Origin: Gammaproteobacteria bacterium
Lineage (GTDB): Bacteria > Pseudomonadota > Gammaproteobacteria > Steroidobacterales > Steroidobacteraceae
Direction: 5' to 3'
Length of the DNA: 64,000 nt
Assembly (NCBI GenBank): GCA_027452045.1
Contig: DAIDHH010000083.1
Location: 2,139-66,138 of the forward strand
The notes below the pieces were generated by a model that saw only the letters and a program-made list of their open reading frames with translations, was not told where the DNA came from and made no database searches. The translations under genes and the position numbers were made by a program. Shown in pieces: positions 16,387 to 24,975 of the stretch. Positions within the stretch are counted from its first letter, which is position 1. Every line of letters starts with the position of its first letter.

Positions 16387-18584
16387 GCACGCGCACGGTG
16401 TTGATCGGCGTGTCCGCGGCGCTGGGTGCCTTTGCTGCCCGCGCTCAGACGTCGGCGCCGGCGCCGCCGAAGAGCGTTACTGAGCTGCAGCGCGAGGCGC
16501 GGCCCAGTTACGAGACCGAAGCGCCGGAAGCGAAATCGGAGAAGAGGGCGCCCGCGCGCAGGCTTGAGCCGCCGCAGGAACAGAACTCATCTGACCCGCC
16601 GGAGTCGCAGCTCTCCGAGATCGTCGTCACGACGACGCGCATTCCGCGACACATCGCCGATGAACCTACCCGGATCGAGGTGGTCGGACCCGAAGAGATC
16701 CGGGAAGAGACCGCGGAGAGTCCGGGCAATGTCTCGATGCTCCTCAATGAGACGTCGGGGGTGCACGTGCAGATCACTTCGCCAGGGCTCGCGGCGGCAA
16801 ATGTGCGCATTGAGGGCTTGCCGGGTCGATACACCGAGATTCTTGCCGATGGGCTGCCGCTTTACGGCGGGCAGGCCAGCAGCATGAGTCTGCTTCAGAT
16901 CCCGCCCCTCGATCTGGGGCGGGTCGAGATCATCAAAGGCGTCGCCTCGGCGCTCTACGGTGCCTCGGCATTGGGGGGTGTCATCAACTTCATCTCCCGC
17001 CGCCCCGATGGCAAGCGCGAGTTGTTGCTGAATGAGACCAGCCGCCAGGGGACCGACATGGCGCTGTGGTGGTCCGGCCCCCCTTCCCGGGTGGGCTGGA
17101 CTTATTCAGTCTCCGCAAATGCGGATCGGCAGGTCGAGCAGGATGTGGACGGGGACGGCTGGGCCGACATCCCGGGCTATCGCCGGGCGGTCATCACGCC
17201 GAGGCTGTACTGGAGCGACGGGGCGGGGCGCAAGCTCTACCTCACCGCCGGAGCGCTCCTTGAGGATCGTACGGGGGGTACGCTGGCGGGCGGACACGTA
17301 CCCAGCGGTGATCCGAACGGCACCCCTTTTTATGAAGCACTGAAGACCCGGCAGTACGATGCGGGACTGATCGGCCAGTGGCCGCTGTCGCCGACGCGGA
17401 TGCTGACCGTGCGGGCCTCGTTCATGGACCGAGGCGAGCGGCTGACCTTTGGGGGGACTTACGAGCCGAGCGATTACCGCACTGCACTCGTCGATGCAGC
17501 CGTGAACGGCACCGCTGGCACGAATCGCTGGGTCACGGGTCTTTCGTTCGAGGAAGACCAATACCGCGACGAGACGCTGCCGGCACTTGATTTTACCTAC
17601 CTCGTGCCGGCTCTGTTCGCCCAGGACGAGATCAACCTCGGCAAAAGCGTGATCCTGTCTGCCGGCGGCCGTGTCGATGCGCACAGCCAGTACGGTACAT
17701 TCTTCAGTCCGCGCCTGGCGGCGCTCTGGCGGCCGGGCGGGAAAGCCTCGCCGTGGCGGGTGCGATTGTCGCTCGGCGGGGGCTTTTACGCGCCCACCCC
17801 GTTGACCGGCGAGACTGAAGCCACCGGGCTCGCGCGCATCCTGCCGCTCGGGAATCTCCATGCGGAACGCGCCCGCGGTGCATCGGTCGACATCGACCGA
17901 CTGTGGACTCTGCCACACGGCTCACTCGAGACCGATCTCACGGTCTTCGGTTCGGAAGTGGCGCATGCGGTCGACTTGGTGCAAGTGGGCGCCACTCCTC
18001 CCAGGTTCGCTTTTGTCAATGCTCTCCGGCCGATGCGCGCCCTCGGTACCGAGCTGCTCGTGTCAGGGCGCAGGGGGCCCTTTGAATTCACCGCCATCTA
18101 CAATTATACCGATTCGACCGAGGTTGAGCCGGATTCGACCTCCCGCATGACGGTGCCGCTCAATCCGCGCCACAGCGGCATCGTCACTGTCTCCTGGGAG
18201 AAGGAGCACTTCGGGAGCATCGGCCTCGAAGCCCTCTTTACCGGCCGGCAAACCCTGACAGGTACCCTTACCCCGAACCCGTACCGCACGATGAGTCCAA
18301 GTTTTGTCATGTTCGGCGTTCTACTCGAACGCCAAGTGGGACCTCTCACCGTGTTCCTGAATGGCGAGAACCTGACCGACCGGCGCCTCACGCGCTTCCA
18401 ACCGCTTGTGCTTCCTGCGCAAGCCGCCGACGGCCGCTGGACGACCGATGCCTGGGGACCGCTCGATGGCCGTGTCATCAGCCTGGGAGTGAGATGGCGA
18501 TTCGGCAAATCGGCCGCGGAGCACAGCTCGGAAGATCATGACGAGGATGAGCCTGCCGGGCGCGACCCGTCCGATTCACCATGA
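16383..18584 (+). CDS. TonB-dependent outer-membrane receptor
   Basis: ATGA overlap with arsR. Signal peptide. Plug motifs: IVVTTTRIP, VEVVGPEEI, RIEGLPGRYTEILADGLPLYGG. Barrel ends ...SLGVRWRF, followed by 26 extra residues. Confidence 0.9.
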   Translation: MSTRTVLIGVSAALGAFAARAQTSAPAPPKSVTELQREARPSYETEAPEAKSEKRAPARRLEPPQEQNSSDPPESQLSEIVVTTTRIPRHIADEPTRIEVVGPEEIREETAESPGNVSMLLNETSGVHVQITSPGLAAANVRIEGLPGRYTEILADGLPLYGGQASSMSLLQIPPLDLGRVEIIKGVASALYGASALGGVINFISRRPDGKRELLLNETSRQGTDMALWWSGPPSRVGWTYSVSANADRQVEQDVDGDGWADIPGYRRAVITPRLYWSDGAGRKLYLTAGALLEDRTGGTLAGGHVPSGDPNGTPFYEALKTRQYDAGLIGQWPLSPTRMLTVRASFMDRGERLTFGGTYEPSDYRTALVDAAVNGTAGTNRWVTGLSFEEDQYRDETLPALDFTYLVPALFAQDEINLGKSVILSAGGRVDAHSQYGTFFSPRLAALWRPGGKASPWRVRLSLGGGFYAPTPLTGETEATGLARILPLGNLHAERARGASVDIDRLWTLPHGSLETDLTVFGSEVAHAVDLVQVGATPPRFAFVNALRPMRALGTELLVSGRRGPFEFTAIYNYTDSTEVEPDSTSRMTVPLNPRHSGIVTVSWEKEHFGSIGLEALFTGRQTLTGTLTPNPYRTMSPSFVMFGVLLERQVGPLTVFLNGENLTDRRLTRFQPLVLPAQAADGRWTTDAWGPLDGRVISLGVRWRFGKSAAEHSSEDHDEDEPAGRDPSDSP

Positions 18585-18715
18585 CTCGACCTGTCGCTCA
18601 CCCGCATGACTCGTGGCATCGCTCGGTCCAAGACCCGATCGGGCACCAGCGAGCGAGCGAACGACCGAACGTCGAAGACGAAGCTCCGGTCTCTGAGAGA
18701 GAGAAGGATTGCGTG

Positions 18716-19246
18716 ATGAACGACGACATAAAACGGGCTCGCAAGGGGTTGTTCGTGCAAACGACGCTCGCCGTTTTGACCGGTTGGCTCTGTTGCATCA
18801 CGCCGCTCGTACTGGTGCTGCTCGGAGTGGCCTCGATCTCGACTGCGGCGAGCCTGGATCATGTGCTGAACGGCACTTATGCTTGGGCATTCCGCGGTGC
18901 GGCGCTCGTGTTCCTCGCGGTCGCAGTCGGGGTGTATTTCAGGCGGCGCGGCGTCTGCACGTTGGATCAAGCGCGGCAGCAGCGTAACCGCATCATCAAT
19001 ACCGCTTTTCTGGCGCTGCTTTTCGCCGTCGGTGGCTACATGGCTCTCTGGTATCTCCTTGGGTATTGGGGCGCCGCAGTGGGGTTGCCTTGGAGGCCCC
19101 GACGTTGGGAGCTGATCTCCTCGGGAGTTCTGCTCGGTGCCGCAGTCCTGCTGCAACTGACGGGAGGGCTGCTGTGCCGTACGCGCGGGGAAGCTGCGAC
19201 ACAGGTGGTGCATTCCAGCTCCGACACCCCCTCGACATCCCAATGA
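18716..19246 (+). CDS. membrane protein with a MerT-like CC motif in TM1
   Basis: gagaagga lies upstream of ATG18716 (within ORF 18581..19246). LTGWLCCITPLVLVLLG. About four TM segments. Confidence 0.6.
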   Translation: MNDDIKRARKGLFVQTTLAVLTGWLCCITPLVLVLLGVASISTAASLDHVLNGTYAWAFRGAALVFLAVAVGVYFRRRGVCTLDQARQQRNRIINTAFLALLFAVGGYMALWYLLGYWGAAVGLPWRPRRWELISSGVLLGAAVLLQLTGGLLCRTRGEAATQVVHSSSDTPSTSQ

Positions 19247-19382
19247 GCCGAAGACGAGGGCTCGCACGGATTTGTGAGCCATCATTTCCCGCGCATCGCG
19301 GGAGAGGCTGCCGCCCGGAAGCGCTTCTCCTCCTGGCGGCGGTCGGGGATCTGCGCCGTCTCGAGCGGAGATGCTGACCCAG

Positions 19383-20120
19383 TCAGGGTCGACGCGCCCT
19401 GAACGTGGCGCCGATCGTCGCCGCCGCGGTCTTGTAGCCGGTGAAGCCGACGAGCTCCGCATGCACGAAGCCTGCCGCACGCAGCAACGCAAGATAGTTC
19501 TGGGGTTCGACCGTGCCCGCGACGCAGCTGGCCCAGGAATCGGAACTCGCCACCTCGCCCGCATCCGCTCGAACCATATCCGCGATCTGTAACCGCCCGC
19601 CGGGCTTCAGGATCCGGAACGCCTCCTTGAACACGCACGGTTTGTGCGCCGAGAGGTTGATGGCTCCATTCGAGATGACGATGTCGGCACAGGAGTCCGG
19701 GAGACCTGTCGCCTCGACGTCGCCGATGTACGCTTCGACATTGCCGAGGCCGGCGAGCGCGGCGTTCTCTTGGGCCTTCTGCACCATCGCCGGCGTGAGA
19801 TCGATGCCCATTGCGCGGCCCGCCGTCCCGACCAGAAGCGCCGCGATACATAGATCGGCGCCCGCACCGCATCCGAGATCGACCACGACCTCGCCCGGCT
19901 GAATGCGCCCCAGGCTGAACGGGTTCCCGACGGCGGCGGCGGATTCCCATACGCGCTCCGGCAGGCGCTCCAGCCAGCGCGCCTCGTATCCCAGCGCCCG
20001 AGCATTCTCTTTGCCTTTACCCCAGCCGAACTCCTTGCCAGGGTTGCGCGCGAGGTCCGAATAGAGCGCGCGGATATCCTCGCACGGGGCTTCGGGGTTC
20101 TCAGAATGTCTGTCACTCAT
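19383..20120 (-). CDS. ArsM-family SAM-dependent methyltransferase; two of the As(III)-binding cysteines are not conserved
   Basis: VVDLGCGAGADL (SAM motif I), ADIVISNGAINL, FRILKPGGRL and WASCVAGT align with the ArsM layout. However ArsM GCGNP reads AVGNP here, and ISNCVINL reads ISNGAINL. Confidence 0.7.
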   Translation of the reverse strand: MSDRHSENPEAPCEDIRALYSDLARNPGKEFGWGKGKENARALGYEARWLERLPERVWESAAAVGNPFSLGRIQPGEVVVDLGCGAGADLCIAALLVGTAGRAMGIDLTPAMVQKAQENAALAGLGNVEAYIGDVEATGLPDSCADIVISNGAINLSAHKPCVFKEAFRILKPGGRLQIADMVRADAGEVASSDSWASCVAGTVEPQNYLALLRAAGFVHAELVGFTGYKTAAATIGATFRARRP

Positions 20121-20157
20121 GGCTCTGCTCTGATCCGGCTCACGTCATCGCTCCCGG

Positions 20158-20424
20158 TCAGCGTGACAGTAGACGCTTCTTTTCCTCGAACTCCTCCTTG
20201 TCGATCTCGCCTTTGGCGAAGCGTTCCTCGAGGATCTCGAGCGCTCGCCGGCTGGATTCTCGACTGGAATGATCGCCTCGATGGTCCCACCAGGGTGGCC
20301 CCATGCCGAAAGCGCGGATCAGCGCCACCCCGATCAGGACTGCGATCACCAGGAATACGATCATCATGATCGGGCCGAAGATCATTCCGAACCACGGCAT
20401 CGGCCACCAATTTTGCGGCATCAT
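20158..20424 (-). CDS. SHOCT-domain membrane protein
   Basis: N-terminal TM segment, then C-terminal ALEILEERFAKGEIDKEEFEEKKRLL (SHOCT pattern). Confidence 0.8.
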   Translation of the reverse strand: MMPQNWWPMPWFGMIFGPIMMIVFLVIAVLIGVALIRAFGMGPPWWDHRGDHSSRESSRRALEILEERFAKGEIDKEEFEEKKRLLSR

Positions 20425-20894
20425 GGTCTCCTCCAGGTACTAACCTTGGCCGCTAGCGTGACCTTGCCCGCGGTGGCGAGTCGATAGAGGAGGTAATTCG
20501 CGCTGGCCTCGCTCACGCCAAGGGCGGCGGCCAGCGCCGCGCCATCCGTCTCGCCTTTGGCAACAATTTCGCCCGCCTTCTCCTTGAGCCCCTCGAGCCA
20601 GTCGCTGAAGACCTTCTCGAGCTCTGGCGTGGCGTGAACGGCGAGGGCATTCGTGTCCCGGATTGCGTTCAGCGTCTCCGTCCACAGCCCCATACATATC
20701 CCCGTCATCGCCTCGGTTGACGACTTTCCCTCGCCTTGACGCACCTGGGCCATCATCTTCCGCATCATCTCGGGCGGACCGCCGCCCTGACCCATCTTGC
20801 CCATCATCTTCTTCGCCATGGCCATGCCCATCGCCATGGGGCCGCTTTCGTCCGCTTCCGTCGGCTCGCTTTCGGGTCGTTTGTTCTCTGCCAT
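20421..20894 (-). CDS. Met-rich protein with wHTH-like C-terminus (hypothetical)
   Basis: gaggag lies 7 nt upstream of ATG20894. MAMGMAMAKKMMGKMGQGGGPPEMMRKMMAQ. ATGA overlap with the SHOCT gene. Confidence 0.55.
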   Translation of the reverse strand: MAENKRPESEPTEADESGPMAMGMAMAKKMMGKMGQGGGPPEMMRKMMAQVRQGEGKSSTEAMTGICMGLWTETLNAIRDTNALAVHATPELEKVFSDWLEGLKEKAGEIVAKGETDGAALAAALGVSEASANYLLYRLATAGKVTLAAKVSTWRRP

Positions 20895-20905
20895 CTGCAT
20901 TCTCC

Positions 20906-21535
20906 TCATGTCATGGAAGACGGCGCACACGTCTTCTCGAACACCGCTCCATAGTGGTACGGCAGCAGCTCGACCGTGCGCAAGTGACGAAGACCAGCCG
21001 GCTCGAGGACGGCCTGCACCGCGTCCGGGCTCATCCGCATCTCGGTTCGGGGTCCGCGCGGCTGGCCGAGAACCACCGTTTCCTCGCGTGGCCGTCGGTG
21101 CCAGTTGACGATCGCGGCACGGCCCCCTGGCCGCAGCACCGCGGCCATGGCGCACGCGAGGCGTGTCGGGTCGGGCACGCCATGGAAAGTATTCGCCATC
21201 AGCACGAAATCCACGGGTTGAGCCACGAAGCTCGCGATATCGTAGGCATCCGCTTGCAGGAACTCGCAGTTCTCTGCACCGACGGCTGCCACTCGCTTGG
21301 TTGCCTGCTCGAGCATCCGCTCATCGACGTCGATCGCGAAAACCTTCCGCGCGAGGGACGCAAGCGGCGCGGTGAACCAGCCGTCGCCGCTGCAAAGGTC
21401 GATGACATCCATTCCCGCCTCGACCCCGAGCGCGAGGATGACGTCCCGGGGATCGGGCCAGAGCGCCCGCCACCAATCGGCGTCCGGCATTGCTGTTGCG
21501 GGGAAGACTCGATCAAGTGTGCTCACAAGATCCAA
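20906..21535 (-). CDS. class I SAM-dependent methyltransferase
   Basis: VIDLCSGDGWF (motif I), AIDVDERML, VLRPGGRAAIV. Confidence 0.75.
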   Translation of the reverse strand: MDLVSTLDRVFPATAMPDADWWRALWPDPRDVILALGVEAGMDVIDLCSGDGWFTAPLASLARKVFAIDVDERMLEQATKRVAAVGAENCEFLQADAYDIASFVAQPVDFVLMANTFHGVPDPTRLACAMAAVLRPGGRAAIVNWHRRPREETVVLGQPRGPRTEMRMSPDAVQAVLEPAGLRHLRTVELLPYHYGAVFEKTCAPSSMT

Positions 21536-22098
21536 TCCGATCGGGTATTATTCATCGCGTTCTGGCAACCGCCAAGCCGGCGCGAAGCTGGCGCTGATGC
21601 AAGCCTAACGGGTAGCCCCGCGGCCCTCCATTCGTGAAAACCGTCATCCAGGCGCCCGCCCTTGAACCCGCGGCCGCGCAGCAAGGCCACCGCTTCGAAC
21701 GCCAGCACGCGGCACGGGCCGCGGCGCTGGCAATAGGCGACGATCTCCCGGTCCCTCGGAATCTCCCGCAGCCGGCGCGAGAGTTCGCGCAAGGGAATAT
21801 TGACAACGTGCGGCAGATGTCCTGCGGCATATTCGTCCACTGGCCGTACATCGAGCACGGTGACGACGTCCTCCTTCAGTCGACGCACCAGCTCCGCGCG
21901 AGACACCGGTGCGAGCGCATCGCGGATATGAAAGTAGCCGCCTGTCACCTCGCGGACTTGCGCCGAATGGCGCGCGGCGACGCTGCGCTCGCCCCGGGCC
22001 AGTTGCGCCAGGATCTCGAGCCGATGCGGGTGCGCGAGCCCCTTGGAGAGCTCGGCGAGGCCCGCGAGCATGGCGCGCTGGGGATTTTCGCTTGACAT
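21523..22098 (-). CDS. ArsR-rhodanese fusion paralogue with an in-frame loss of the recognition helix and wing (likely non-DNA-binding or decaying)
   Basis: Starts at ATG22098 (MSSENPQRAML...HPHRLEILAQLARGERSV), then jumps directly to ARHSAQVREV...; the two paralogues carry about 55 further residues here. The rhodanese part is retained (VLDVRPVDEYAAGHLP ... AYCQRRGPCRVLAF). Confidence 0.65.
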   Translation of the reverse strand: MSSENPQRAMLAGLAELSKGLAHPHRLEILAQLARGERSVAARHSAQVREVTGGYFHIRDALAPVSRAELVRRLKEDVVTVLDVRPVDEYAAGHLPHVVNIPLRELSRRLREIPRDREIVAYCQRRGPCRVLAFEAVALLRGRGFKGGRLDDGFHEWRAAGLPVRLASAPASRRLGGCQNAMNNTRSDWIL

Positions 22099-22233
22099 GT
22101 GTTCCGCCTCACACGACACGAGCGCTCGAGCCAGGCGCTCAATGACAGCCTCCAAACCGAAGCGAAGTGCGGCCAACGCTTCCGGCTTCCATGTTTCCGG
22201 GTTTTCGGGGAAATATCGACGTTTGCAGAACGC

Positions 22234-22596
22234 TCACCGGCGCTTCGTACAAAACTGTTGGTACAGTGTCTTCATCAGCGCGGCGACTTCCTTGCTCCTG
22301 AGAACATAGTAGACGGACTGTCCGCTACGATGAGCCTCGACGACGTGGTGCTCGCGCAGCAGCGCCAGATGCTGCGAGACGGCTGATTGGCTGATGCCGA
22401 CGCCGGGCTGAAGCTGGTTCACCGACTTCGTGCCTTCAGCCAACTGACACAAGAGCATCAGCCTCATTCCATTGGCGATCACCTTCAGAACCTCACTCGC
22501 CCGAACCGCATTGGCCTGCAGCTCGACGAGTTCCCTCGGGCGCAAGGTTCCCGCGGGCTTCGCAGGAACCGCCGCGGCCTTTGCGCACGCATTCAT
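22234..22596 (-). CDS. ArsR-family transcriptional regulator
   Basis: ATG22596 within ORF 22234..22743. VLKVIANGMRLMLLCQLAEGTKSVNQLQPGVGISQSAVSQHLALLRE. Confidence 0.8.
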   Translation of the reverse strand: MNACAKAAAVPAKPAGTLRPRELVELQANAVRASEVLKVIANGMRLMLLCQLAEGTKSVNQLQPGVGISQSAVSQHLALLREHHVVEAHRSGQSVYYVLRSKEVAALMKTLYQQFCTKRR

Positions 22597-23125
22597 CCAC
22601 CGCGCTCCCCAAAATCTTCGGCGATCATTTTGGCCTCGTAGGAAGCCTGGACGTCGGCTCGTGGCGCCAACGTCGGGTTGACCGCTGCGCCGAATCGCGC
22701 TCAAGTGTCCCGACGCGGCCGAATAGCTCAATAATTCTTTCACTATGAGTCATGACGCTTGTGGTGAGTAGCAATCCTGCGATCTCAGAATCCCCGTCAA
22801 TCAGTCTTTTCGGATAGGCACGCGATTCGTCGGTTTTCATCTCCGCCGCGGACCTCATGGAGTTCCCTTGCGTTTGCGATTCAGGATGCCGCTCTTGCTA
22901 CCGACCGCCTTCAACCGATATTGCCCTGACACACCTCCCTGGATCGCCTCTGGTGACGGGCGTATCATGGCTACGCCTGCAGCAGGATCAAGAATGTGCA
23001 AGAATGCTCCTCCTGACTCGCCGGACAGACCTTTCTGATCGGTGATGACCTTGCGGTCACGGAGACTCGCGTGCAGCGCCACATTTCACGCATGGAGTTT
23101 TCACGCGCGGAGATAGCGAATGGCG

Positions 23126-24280
23126 TCATAGCCACAGCGACTGCGCAGTGCGCTCAATTTCGTGCTTCTGAAGCCGATAACGCGGTGACGGTGGCTCCAA
23201 GGTAACCCTCGGGGCGGGAATCCCATAGAAATTGCCGGCCCCATAGGCGGCCATATCGTCGCCCACTTCAATGTAGCAAAAGCCGTGACCATTGAAGCGG
23301 CTGGTGGGAGACTTGCCCTGCACCTCCGCCGCGACGTTCTCGGCAACGACCCGCGCCTCCTCGTCGGCAAAGACGCCGGCCTTCGGCAGGTACATGCCGA
23401 TGGGAAGTCGGATCGAGGTGACGTCGCCAATGGCGTAAACGCCGGGGTGGCGGCTCTGGAGTGTGCTCGGCTCGACCGGCACCCAACCCGAAGCATCGGC
23501 GAGCTTCGCCTGGCGAACGACCGCCGGAGCCCGATGCGCCGGAACGCCGACCAGGAGGTCGAACTTCGTGTCTTCAAGCTCGAAACGGATGGTGTGAGAA
23601 GATGGCTCGACCTTCATCACGATCTGCTCGGGATGGAATTCGATCCCACGGGCTTCGAGCATCTGCACCAGCGCCACACCCACCTCTGCTCCCGCGACGG
23701 GCATCGGAAGATCTTCCGGCGTGTAGACGGCGATTTGGCTCTTCTCCCGTACCCCGCGCCGGCGCAGCACCGTCTCGATCAGGAATGCGGCTTCGTAGGG
23801 TGCCGACGGACAGGAAAAGGGCGTGCGCGCAACCAGGACTATCACTCGGCCGCCATCGAAGGTTTCGAGGGCACGCCGGATGGCAACTGCCCCCTGCGCC
23901 TCGTAAAGATTGAGGGCGGTCTCGGCAAAGCCGGGGATCGCCTGCGGATGGCGTTCCGCGCCAAGGGCGATGATGAGATAGTCGCCAGCGAAGGCGCCAG
24001 AGGTGGTCTTGACCGTTCTTGAAACCGGCTCGATGGTTTCGATCTCCGCCTCAACCCATTCGATTCCCCGCTCAGAGAGCCGTGAAAGGCTGCGCTCGCC
24101 TTCTTCCGGCCTCTCGCGTTCTCCGCTCATGAGCCAGAGGTTCGCCATGCGCAAAGCGAAGGTCGCGTTCTTCTCGATGACGACGACGCGGTGCTCGGGC
24201 GCCAATAGACGGCGCAGATGGGCTGCCGCGGTGAGACCGCCGATGCCACCACCGAGGATGAGAATCGTCTTAGTGCTCAT
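23126..24280 (-). CDS. FAD-dependent pyridine nucleotide-disulfide oxidoreductase, sulfide:quinone oxidoreductase-like
   Basis: ggagggg lies upstream of ATG24280. ILILGGGIGGLTAA (FAD fold), FSCPSAPYE, VYAIGDV, GHGFCYIE. Confidence 0.7.
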   Translation of the reverse strand: MSTKTILILGGGIGGLTAAAHLRRLLAPEHRVVVIEKNATFALRMANLWLMSGERERPEEGERSLSRLSERGIEWVEAEIETIEPVSRTVKTTSGAFAGDYLIIALGAERHPQAIPGFAETALNLYEAQGAVAIRRALETFDGGRVIVLVARTPFSCPSAPYEAAFLIETVLRRRGVREKSQIAVYTPEDLPMPVAGAEVGVALVQMLEARGIEFHPEQIVMKVEPSSHTIRFELEDTKFDLLVGVPAHRAPAVVRQAKLADASGWVPVEPSTLQSRHPGVYAIGDVTSIRLPIGMYLPKAGVFADEEARVVAENVAAEVQGKSPTSRFNGHGFCYIEVGDDMAAYGAGNFYGIPAPRVTLEPPSPRYRLQKHEIERTAQSLWL

Positions 24281-24297
24281 TTTCCCCTCCACCCAAG

Positions 24298-24621
24298 CTA
24301 ACCAAAGGTGAGGACGCGGTCGGCCTCTTCGGTGAGCCGTGCAAGGTCGTCCATCGATGACATGGGGCAGACTGCGGCAGCATCCATCTTGCGGATGCGC
24401 AGGCACGTGGTGCAGCTCAATACGACGCCGCCAAGCTCATCGAAACGCAAGAGGAGCTTGCCGACATCGAACCGCTCATTGCCGATGTTCTCGATCTCGA
24501 CCGCGGAGCCCAAGAGGAACATGCTCGCCTCATGACCTCGCGACAGCACCGCCTGGCCAAAACGCAGCGCGTTCCAGACGGTTTCCGTGTCGTTATTGTT
24601 GACGATAAGGAGGTATTTCAT
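24298..24621 (-). CDS. DsrE/DsrF-like sulfur-relay family protein
   Basis: 107 aa. MKYLLIVNNNDTETVWNALRFG...VLSCTTCL. Immediately upstream of the SQR-like gene. Confidence 0.7.
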   Translation of the reverse strand: MKYLLIVNNNDTETVWNALRFGQAVLSRGHEASMFLLGSAVEIENIGNERFDVGKLLLRFDELGGVVLSCTTCLRIRKMDAAAVCPMSSMDDLARLTEEADRVLTFG

Positions 24622-24789
24622 TGCAGCTCTCCTGTTGCGGGCATTTTTCCAGAACTTGACTTCATAGCCCTCGCTCCTGGTGCCGTTCTTTTCCCTCGCG
24701 CGATCTCATGGGTAGAGCTGTGGTCCGAGGAGGAAATTGTCGCCACCGGCGAAGCGGCCAGAACGGCTGTTGTCGAGATTTGCAAAAGG

Positions 24790-24975
24790 TCAAGCACATG
24801 AATCTCCTGGGTTGAGCCGCATCAGGTTTTCGGTTGCGAAGCTTTGGCGCGGCCGGCCCTGCATGCCGTCTTCCACGAACGTCACCTGGGGCGAACCGGC
24901 GTCGTGCCGGACGAGGAGAGCGGTCTTTGCCGCGATTCGCGGGCGGGGCCTGCTCCACATCACCGTGGCTGTCAT
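24790..24975 (-). CDS. 61-aa ORF coupled to the desaturase gene (uncertain)
   Basis: ATGA start/stop overlap with the desaturase stop at 24972-24975. No motif recognised. Confidence 0.25.
   Translation of the reverse strand: MTATVMWSRPRPRIAAKTALLVRHDAGSPQVTFVEDGMQGRPRQSFATENLMRLNPGDSCA

Noticed and set aside
22625-23082. Two short minus-strand ORFs (75 and 77 aa) with an ATGA overlap, in the lower-GC gap between the SQR-like gene and arsR.
   Set aside because: Position and coupling are suggestive, but I recognise no domain and the composition is odd. They could be remnants of a decayed gene. Not reported as features.
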